A stretch of 64,000 nucleotides of DNA, from the NCBI GenBank assembly GCA_964016885.1, contig OZ024742.1:152148001-152212000 (forward strand). The letters run 5' to 3'. The notes beneath the pieces are model-generated. The model was not told where the DNA came from. It worked only from the letters and a program-made list of their open reading frames with translations, and did no database searches. Positions 54,586-64,000 of this stretch are shown piece by piece. This DNA is from Eledone cirrhosa (Eukaryota). A program made the position numbers and the translations under genes. Positions within the stretch are counted from its first letter, which is position 1; every line of letters begins with the position of its first letter.

Positions 54586-55595
54586 TCAACTCTGCAGTAC
54601 ACACATACATCTCATGTAAACAGGACAGGATGAACAGAATTATTGATGACTATATGAAATGACTCATAAAAATAATAAATAAAATGTTATTTTCTGCCGA
54701 TGTATTTTTTCTTCTAAATTTCTTTTATTATTATGACGGATTAAAGTATAGAAAAAGCAGCTTCAAGACAGATTAAAAGATTGATTCCTCGAAGGATTAT
54801 AATAATCTCATGCAATTCCTTTCATTGGAATATTGCTAAAACACGTGAGATAAAATATATTTGTTTAATATAATTGGGAGTGAAGGAATTAAGGGTGGAG
54901 GTGGTGCTAGTTATAGAAGTGAGTATTATAGCACATATTCTAGCTGTGAACACAACATGGTTGATAGGTTAGTTGTACGCTACTTAATTCTCAGGTTCGA
55001 TACCACTATGTGGCAACTTAAGCAAGTGTTATTTATCATAGCTTCGAGCAGAATCATGCTTTGGGAGTGAAATTAGGTAGAGGGCAAATATTTGAAGTCC
55101 ATATATTCAACCTGTATTTCAAAGGTTCAACTTTGTCTCACACTGTGCAAACTTTAAATTTCACTTAAGAATTAGTTAACACATTGTTGTAGAATGTTTA
55201 GTCACATACACATTAATTCCACGAGCAGCCTGTTCCGTTGATCAAACCACTGGAACACTCATGGTCGCAACTTGTCATGGTGAGCTGTAAAGGTGGGGTT
55301 TTTTAAAAGGAAGTGTAGATTTCGATGATCAGTGTATTGGTGTTACTGTTTGTGTTGGAATGGTGAGGATGCGTTTATGGTGGGTGTTGTCATGGTCATA
55401 TTTGAGTTGGTAGTAGTAGTTGTGACGGATGTATTTGTAGCTATGTTATAGGCAGAGCTGTTAAAATACTTACTGCATTGCAGTATTGGTTCCAGCTCTT
55501 TCAGGTCTGAGCCTAAATCTCACTGAAGTCAACTTTGCCTTTCATCATTTCTGGGCCGCTACCAGAAGTGCCAGTCCAGCATCTTGCTCATTCAC

Positions 55596-55684
<89 letters not shown>

Positions 55685-55986
55685 TATCAGGCCTGGAAAG
55701 GGATGGATTTCGCCAGGTACAAAATGGCCAAGACCCACCATATATCACTACGACAAATCTATCAGCATCGATCAAATCTGTAAACAAAGGCTTTCCAGTC
55801 GTGGAACATCCATCTCTATAGATCTGGAACTACATTATATAATGTGATTTACCTTATTTAAGACAATAGGATGAAATTGCCATGATATGTAGCTGTTATC
55901 TCTAGGATATCGAGACTCGCTTGTATAGTGGCTCCGACACTTATGGAAGTGATGACGTGTATGTTTAATGTAATTGTATTATACTT

Positions 55987-56173
55987 AGGTGGATTGGCAG
56001 TATCGGTAGAGGGTCGGACGCCATGATTTGTAGCATGGATTTACGCCCCTTTACGGTCTGAGTTCAAATCCCGCCGAGGTTAACTTTGCTTTCATCCTTA
56101 CGGGGTCGATAAAATAAAGTACCAGTAACGCACTGGGATAATTGCTGGCCTTGTGCTAAAAGTAAAAACAATT
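55987..56173 (+). mobile_element. SINE (family A), young copy
   Basis: ggattggcagtatcggtagagggtcggacgcc..ctgagttcaaatcccgccgaggttaactttgc..gctggccttgtgctaaaagta. Confidence 0.9.
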
Positions 56174-57999
56174 ATACCTAGATTTGTGATAGCCCGTGTT
56201 GTTAGCACCGTTTGCTGTGCTCTTGTGTGGAGCGTGGGATAATATATCGTAATTTTGTTGTTATAGTTGCTGCTGCCGATGGTGATTATGTTGAATTATG
56301 ATCGTGCTGCTGATGATTCTGATGAAGACTAGGAAATATGCCTTTTCACTGTTGTGAACTGTCCACCATAATCTACACTCAACATGTCTAAAATTATACT
56401 ACACATGTTTGGTATACTTCGATTAAAGAAAAAGAAAGAACATGTTATTTAATTTCACGAATCTTGTAATTGGACATATTTTCTAGGAAGCTGCATTTCC
56501 GGATACCATATTTTCTGTAAGCTCTTCAAATCATTGATTATCATAATTATTATATAAATTTAATGTTGAATATGACATAATTTTCAGTGGTTTAATATTC
56601 TATTTGGCCAGTTGATTAAAAGGTCTCCCATGTCCTATTCAGAAATTGTGTGTGCAAGAATGAGTGAACTGGTATAGTGTATTTATGGAAGAATCCATGT
56701 CAACATTTGACATGTTTTGTTCTATTCGTTTTCCGTATGAGTGAATATTTATGAATTCTGTTCCAACACAGAATGTTTATATAATATAACAAGCTGGAAA
56801 TCGGATCTTAAACATCCTTTTGGGTATACATTTATAGGATTTGCAAGAGTTGTATCCTGTTGCTTTTAATTTGAGTGACATAAAACCTAAAACTAATGCA
56901 TAAAAGTTCTGCTATATATTGCATACAGTAAGGGGACTTGAAAATAAGAAAAAAAACGTTAATAAATAAACCGAAGTACTTGTAGCTGATTGTGACCCTG
57001 ACATAAGGTGGTTGTTTACTTTACCTAATAGAAAACGTCACAGTTGTTTACGAAATAAACTAAAGCGAAAACAAAATACAGCGTAAAATGTGCAGTTACT
57101 GAATTGCAAATTAATGTGAAAAGAATTTTGTCGTAACTGTGCGTTAGGAACATATTTCTTCATTTGTTGATCCTCCTTTTATCCTTATTTACGGTTGAAT
57201 ATTTATCCCTGCTTGTATATATATATATACCACCTTGATCTTTATTTTTATGAAGGCCGTAAAAGTGAGAGTGGTTCTATTGAGAATTCTAACTGCACTA
57301 TAAACCCACCGTATAGTAAATCTTGGTGTTTTATAGTTTTATATAATACACTCAATTTGTTTTTCAAATACACATCAGTGTTTTGTTTAATGTATTTTGA
57401 GATTTTGTATATTCTACAAAAATGTTTCTGACTTTTCAGTTAATGTGCTTTGCTTCACGTAAACAGTTGATACGTATATAAGTTCTTTTAGCTTTTGGAA
57501 ACAATGACTGTATAGGGTTAGCATCAAATAGATATTAAATGCACGGCAATATATTATACTGGTATAATTAAAATTGACAAAATAACAATATGCAAAGTTT
57601 CTAAAGACATCAATTCAGTTATCGATTATTTTACTTAAGATTTCTAACCTATAATCACAATAAACATTCTTTGTAAAACTGTAGTATAATTTGAATTCTA
57701 TAAAATAAAAGCTGGTATTTATTGTTGGTAGCGAATTCAATTGTCACTCTGAAAATTCTAGTTACTATTATCTAAACCGTAATGGACAGATCGAAATTAC
57801 ACAGCTAATTCAACTGCACCACCAAGATGATTTTCAAAGCAATGTTTCTGCATAAACTGTAAAGATTATGGAGTTCTTTGGATCTATTATAGAAGTCTAT
57901 AAAACAGCAATATATTTGAGCTGAGAAATCGACTGCAAATATTCCTTTATCGTTACAATCGAATCCTCCATGCCAACTTAATTTAACGCCTGGCTCACA

Positions 58000-58480
58000 T
58001 TTGCTCCATTAAGCTGTGTGAAACTGAACGTAGAGTCCAATTGAAAGGAAAGCGCATAAAGTATATTTTCTAGGTGGATGATCAGAAATGACGGTTATGA
58101 ATGAGAGAATCAATTAAAATGGAGCCAGTGAGCATTTTACTCTTAGATATAATCTATCCTGCAACGTTTCTGACCTTTTGCAGATATTGATACCAAAGTG
58201 AATACACAATAAAAGATATTACATTATGGAAATCTTTAGAAGAGATTCACGAACGTGATAAGATCTTGCACCCAACTATGGAAGAAATTCTCAAAGGGAC
58301 AATACTGCCTTTACGAAATATAATGAAATGCAAGAAACGTTAATAAGATGCAAGAAAACATTAATAATATGACTATGATCTGAGTTATTTGCAACTTCCA
58401 TCTAATGAACTCGAAAATAACTTGGTGTTCGGCTATAGATGTGAATCACGGGGAAATATTATAAACCGTCTAAATTCTGC
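58000..58480 (+). mobile_element. Mariner transposase remnant
   Basis: Degraded matches to YY.E.L.RL...IR..RP.LW, (H)DNA and (P)DL.P.DF.LF segments. No intact frame. Confidence 0.4.
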
Positions 58481-59127
58481 TGTTTATAACATAATTCTTA
58501 GCTATTATATCAATGCATAATTATGTAATAGGAGCAGCATTATTCAATTTACGTAGCAAACACGATGGCTTATAACATAGATATCTATTGTATAAGTCAA
58601 ACTTCCACCGTTTCTTCTTTTCCTATCTCAAAGGTGAAATTTGAAAAATAAATGTATGAGATTAATCAATATATTAATAACTCATAGGTAAGATTCATAT
58701 TCAACAGATTTAATTTCAAAAAGGAAACACGCTTTCGTAACAAATCAGGTAATTGTTCCACCAAAACCGAGAACAAGCAGATACATTTGAGATTATTTCT
58801 TTGTAGCATGTAATATTTATGTGGCGAATTGTATCCAATATTTCAGAAATATTATTTCATGATCTAATGCTGGTTTTTCCCAAAACATAGTCACATACAC
58901 AACTTTTAGTATTTTCGTAACCCCCTTTAATTTCATGATATGAGGTGTGCCACAGAGAAAAACATCCAGTTATATGGGACAATATCTTAACCCCTGTGGA
59001 CTAGGGAGACGAATAATTCTATTCTGCCTGATTTGCTTATTGTTGTATAATATATTTTTCATAAGTATTATTTTCAACCAAAATACAACGAACATCCCCC
59101 CACACACACACGTACACACACACGCAC

Positions 59128-59229
<102 letters not shown>

Positions 59230-59818
59230 GCACGCAGGCACAAACACACAACATACACATTAGTTCCGGCAACGAGTGTTCCAGTTCATGCGCTCAAGGG
59301 AAGTAACTTGCTTATGAAATTATGAAATTAACATACACATGGCTGAGCATTAAACTCTGGAAAATTCAGCATCACTTAAAGTGTGCCTTCTGGATTACAG
59401 CTATACATTTTTGCAAACTGTAACGTGGAATAAAGTATATTGCATAAGAGCACACAGCTGCACCTTTTTATATAAGTTACAACGTTACGCTCTTTAGGCG
59501 AATGCTAACGAACAAAGTTAAGCGTTTTCTTATATATTTTAATATTGTATTATATTTCACATAATACACTACTTCTGCTGTAGTATACAAACACAAACAC
59601 AAGGTCGATCTTAACATTAAAATGTATATCTTATTTCTCTTCGTTATATTACGTTTTATTTCGTAAACACCCTTTGTTAGCAAAATTTAGTTTTAACGGT
59701 ATGTTATAAACTCGTATAAGCATCAGAAGAAAGGTCATGAATTTGATGCCTCTTGTATTTTTGAGGTAGTGTCAAATTTGGGCCTTGAAACCTTGGGCAA
59801 CGCCTTTGTTCTGTGCAT

Positions 59819-59914
59819 GAATAATATAATATAATATAATATAATATAATATAATATAATATAATATAATATAATATAATATAATATAATATAATATAAT
59901 ATAATATAATATAA
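59819..59914 (+). repeat. (ATAAT)n pentanucleotide repeat
   Basis: Direct reading. Confidence 0.95.
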
Positions 59915-60189
59915 TTCTTTCTACTTTAGGCACAAATGTATGTGTGTATGTGCGTGGGTGTTGCAAGTGACAGACATGCGGTCAAACTAGTATTCATAGT
60001 ATTTCCTCCTAATATCGTATTAGTCCACTCAGACACGAGGGAAATTTATTTCTTGTATCATTAAATGTATAGGGACTACTCCAGATAATTTAACTTATGT
60101 TGCCGAAGTGCAATTGCAACTTCGATGTACTACTGTATATATATATATGTATATATATACAAAGGTTATATTTATATATATATATATAT

Positions 60190-60605
60190 AAAATTTCAGG
60201 TTATCAAAAATGTAGCGATAATATATCGTTACGTTAGAGATGAACAGCGTACGTGCAGGTTTGCTCAACGAGTATAAATTATATTCCGGAGAAAATGTAG
60301 AAAGGATGAATATAAAATGAAAGTGCTTTTGTTAGCAGTAAATTAATTTACCATCTGTCATATACTATCCCCTCTGTTCCTTCCTCTTTTACTAATATAA
60401 ATACTTCAATTTTTCTGATTTTATCCTATTTATCCAAAATCTCTGAAGAAGTGACAACTGATTATACATTTGCTATCGGATACTTGCTAACATTATATGA
60501 TTACGCAAGCAGCGATACATAGGTATTCGGTCTGTTACAGAAACATATGTCAATACCTAATAAATTCCTTTTTCAACAAAAGCACTTTCATTTTATATTC
60601 ATCCT

Positions 60606-60609
<4 letters not shown>
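60190..60609. mobile_element. Second copy of the 33378-34148 family with only 35-bp inverted arms (60299-60333, 60575-60609) and HHR-like motif 60437-60556
   Basis: Same ~110-bp lead and same pLTR body, flanked by (TA)n. Confidence 0.9.
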
Positions 60610-60637
<28 letters not shown>

Positions 60638-60640
<3 letters not shown>

Positions 60641-60920
60641 GTAGGAGGTGAGTTTTATTGTAGTACAATAAAGCAATGCAGATATCGGATAAGAAGCACT
60701 CTACAGTTTGTAGGACTGGAGTATACATAATATATAAGATCAAAAGATGGTTGATTTAAAACTGCACTATCCACAAGTGTTTTTTAGCCTTCATATCATG
60801 TTCTCCTGTTTTATCTGATGAAAACACAAATATTATTGCATGATGATGTTTGTTTTTGACATGCGCATAATAAAATACATGGAACTCCTTTAACCATCTT
60901 TTGATCTTATATATTATATA
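60638..60920. mobile_element. Small inverted-repeat element (arms about 60727-60752 and 60893-60918) with HHR 60809-60875 on the plus strand
   Basis: UUUUAU-CUGAUGA-AAACA..UGUUUUU-GACA-UGCGCA-UA-AUAAAA (GAAA changed to GACA). Confidence 0.75.
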
Positions 60921-60932
60921 TATATATATATA

Positions 60933-61975
60933 GTTAAAAGAATAGAGGTGTAACGCACAAGTTATTATATATTGGTAAGCGGAATAGAAAATGCTGACAA
61001 ATTGTTCACAGTTGAAAAATGGTTTAATTAGGAATAAAAGAGTATTAGTAATTGTATGGGTTGGTATTCAGTTGTGGTTTTAAGTTTTTAAGTTTTTACC
61101 GGTTGCGCATTTCTAAATGCTTTTCAAAAATAATTTTGAGATAGAGTGTCCGTGTTGTTTGCTCTGATCTGATTAGTTTTGGGAATTCTACCTGTTTTTA
61201 TGTTAACAAGGTGGCTCCAGCGCTACTTTGGTGTTGCAAAAATTCTTGTGGTCAAAACAATTTTGATTGGTCGGTAGAGGTCATGTGAATGTAAAAAATT
61301 GATATTGCGCCAAGACTGTTTTTATGTTAAAAAAGTGGCTCCAGCGCTACTTCGTGTTTGCAAGAATTATTTAATAGGATATCCTTAGATTTCATTATTT
61401 AAAAAAGTTCTTGGGAACATAATCTACATTCATTTCTACTATTTTGATAAGGGGTGGCCCTTTTGAGCACACTCCAGGTCAGGTCATATTCTATATTCCT
61501 CTTTCTATAACTATTTATTATTTCAGCTAGAGATGTTGTATTAGCTAGTGCGGCATTTTTAAAACTATGTTTGTGGGTATTAAATCTTACCTTAAATTTG
61601 TTACAGGTAGCTCCTATATATGAATAAATTGAGTCCTTAGTGTTAACTTTACATTTATATACTATGTTATTAACAAGGATATCCTTTTAAATAAGGGACA
61701 GGAATTAATAATATCGTGTAATCATAAACTGAGAAAAACCTTTAAATATTATAAACCTAATTAATATACACTTTAGAAATTAATTTATAAATTATTTTTA
61801 ATTTAGTTAACCTATAATTAATATTCTACTACTGATGAACTACATAATTCTGCTTTCCTTCTTACAAATATCATTTCCTAAAACTGATACCATTAAGTAA
61901 ACATATATAATGCTTTAACTTCAGGTTATGACTCTATGTTCCTTGAAAACTATATATATTTACTATTTCTCACTA
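60933..61975 (-). mobile_element. Decayed PLE 3' portion with U3-A8 HHR remnant (61093-61130) and internal ~55-bp direct repeat
   Basis: UUU-UUGAAAA-GCAUUU AG AAAUGC-GCAA-CCGG-UA-AAA. Degraded PLE thumb-like coding near 61750-61960. Confidence 0.5.
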
Positions 61976-62076
61976 ATAAATTTAATCCCCCCCCCCAATA
62001 ATTATATGTATATATAAGTGTATATGTGTGTGTATGTGTATGTGTATGTATGTATATATGCATTTATATATCTATG

Positions 62077-62121
<45 letters not shown>

Positions 62122-62536
62122 ATATATATGTATATGTATATATGTGTGTATCTGTGTGTGTGTATGTGTATATATATGTATATGTATGTATATATATAAG
62201 TGTATATATATATATATATGTGTATGTGTATATATATGTGTATATATATATGTATAAGTATATATATATATATATATTATTTTTATATTCTTTTAATTTC
62301 CCCTCATCTTTAACAGCACTTTTCAACTGCATCTAACTCTTATTTATCATATCTATATGTATTAGTATAATTTTATCAATACAATTATACCCATCAATTA
62401 AATTAATTTATATTTTTTTCATAGATGTATTTTTTTCACTAACATTCTTATCTTAAAACTTTAGTCACCTTAGATATTTGTATTGGCATTACTATTTTAT
62501 AACAGCAACTGCTTGTATACCTTTTACTGACCACCT

Positions 62537-62935
62537 GACCTATTTTCACCCCTAAAATAAGCTTCAATTACTACTATTTTACCATTTGGCCAATTATTAA
62601 CTTTCTATTGGTTAATTCTAAACCTCTTACCAAACAGACAGAATATATTAGATCTTTGTTGGTTTTATTCAATGAAAAAATAAAATTATTTCTGAGGTCA
62701 GCATAAGACCTATTTCTTCCCTAAAATAATCCTTCATTCATAATATTCTTTTCCATCCAAAACTGAAATCTACCTTCCTCTACCCATAATTTAAGGTTCT
62801 TCTACAACTATATTACTATCCTGACCCTCACTATCTCTCTATTGGTCAATTCAAAACCTGTTCCCAAACAGACCTATTGTATTGAATCTTTGTTTTTTTC
62901 AATAAACAAATATCATTATTTCTGAAGACAGCATA
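62537..62935. repeat. Diverged tandem duplication
   Basis: gacctatt..ccctaaaataa, ctattggt.aattc.aaacct.tt.ccaaacagac and attatttctga.g.cagcata each occur twice. Confidence 0.75.
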
Positions 62936-63241
62936 TATATGTGTAGGTATGTATATTCCCTCTGATAGTTTGTATAAATATTGTACATAGATCTATAGAA
63001 TATGCATACCAACTCTAACACATATATATCCTAGAAACGATCGTAAAGTGATGGATTTTTTTAATATAAGGAACTGTTTCTTTGTTTATTCATTATTTTA
63101 TTAATTTATCTTGACTCTGTTTTCCGTTTATTTTTCACCGAAAGTAGTTTTTGAATGCATCTTCTCTTTTCATGATATCCGGATTACATTGAGTTCTTCA
63201 TACGGATTGGACACTACCGTAAACTTTTGGTAGATTTATCT

Positions 63242-63289
<48 letters not shown>

Positions 63290-63399
63290 CATCTCTGATG
63301 CAGCCTTCAGCAGAATATTTCACTATAAATTAATTGTTCCCTCTAAATTTCAAAAATCGTATTTTGTTTTAATGTATCGATTATATTTTAAATTGAAAC

Positions 63400-63990
63400 A
63401 TAGGTTGCAGGTTTTGAATTTGATGACGCATCCATTCTTGTGAAAATATTTATAAAACGTGTATTTGCTGACCTCAACAATATAAACTATGTACTCCAAA
63501 GTTATTTTTTTCGACCATAATTCGTTTACATGAATGTTTTTAAAATATGTGTGAGAAAACGAAAAATACTAAAATAATATAATAAATAAACAAAATATAC
63601 TTCTTCGTATTTCATAATATTTAGTTAAAAGAAAAAAAAACTCGTTGTATGTGTTGGTCTAAGAAAACAAAATTGAGAGGCAACAGTGAAGTATGTTTTA
63701 ATTATAGAGTCTCCGATTCTAATAACTCACACCGTAATTTTTTTTATTGTTTTCTTATTCTTCTACTATCTTTAATTAACTTTCATTCTAATGAGTTGTT
63801 TGAATATTCCATCAATTAAATTCAGCTGAAATCGATCGGATTGTTGAAAAGCCACACGCAAAACCATTAATAGTCTTGAAAATAGAAACCCACTGAGTCA
63901 TTATTACTGATGCCTCTATTTGCTGTCGTTTTTGTTTGCTGACTTGCTCTCGTTCTTGCTCTCTTTCTTTCACGTCATGTTGTTTTGCCG
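63400..63990 (-). mobile_element. Possible Tc1/mariner transposase remnant
   Basis: Faint matches to VN..N...WS.EN and FQQDGA-like segments only. Confidence 0.25.
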
Positions 63991-64000
63991 TTGAAATCGT

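Overview
This is an AT-rich, microsatellite-dense animal genomic window with no recognisable host-gene exon. The SINE and repeat landscape resembles octopus/cephalopod DNA (inference). Almost everything identifiable is retroelement-derived: two RLE-type (R4/Dong-like) non-LTR retrotransposons ending in (TAA)n, Penelope-like element (PLE) ORF remnants from several clades, RTE and L1/Tx1 fragments, tRNA-derived SINEs, a mariner-type MITE and mariner/Tc1 remnants. The main unexplained structure is a dense set of short non-coding elements lodged in (TA)n tracts. They occur as palindromes/inverted repeats, as a monomer with a short terminal direct repeat, or as a tandem dimer. Nearly all carry a hammerhead ribozyme (HHR) motif. 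I found about 25 HHR-like motifs by eye from more than 12 unrelated families, some canonical with full stems. They include recurrent core variants (U3-A8 UUGAAAA; CCGAUGA), long stem-II insertions and one possible type II topology. The best candidate for an undescribed system is a 532-bp tandem dimer at 47671-48723 with a long-stem HHR in each unit, which is retrozyme-like and could yield a circular RNA. All folds were assigned by manual base-pairing, with no computation or database search.
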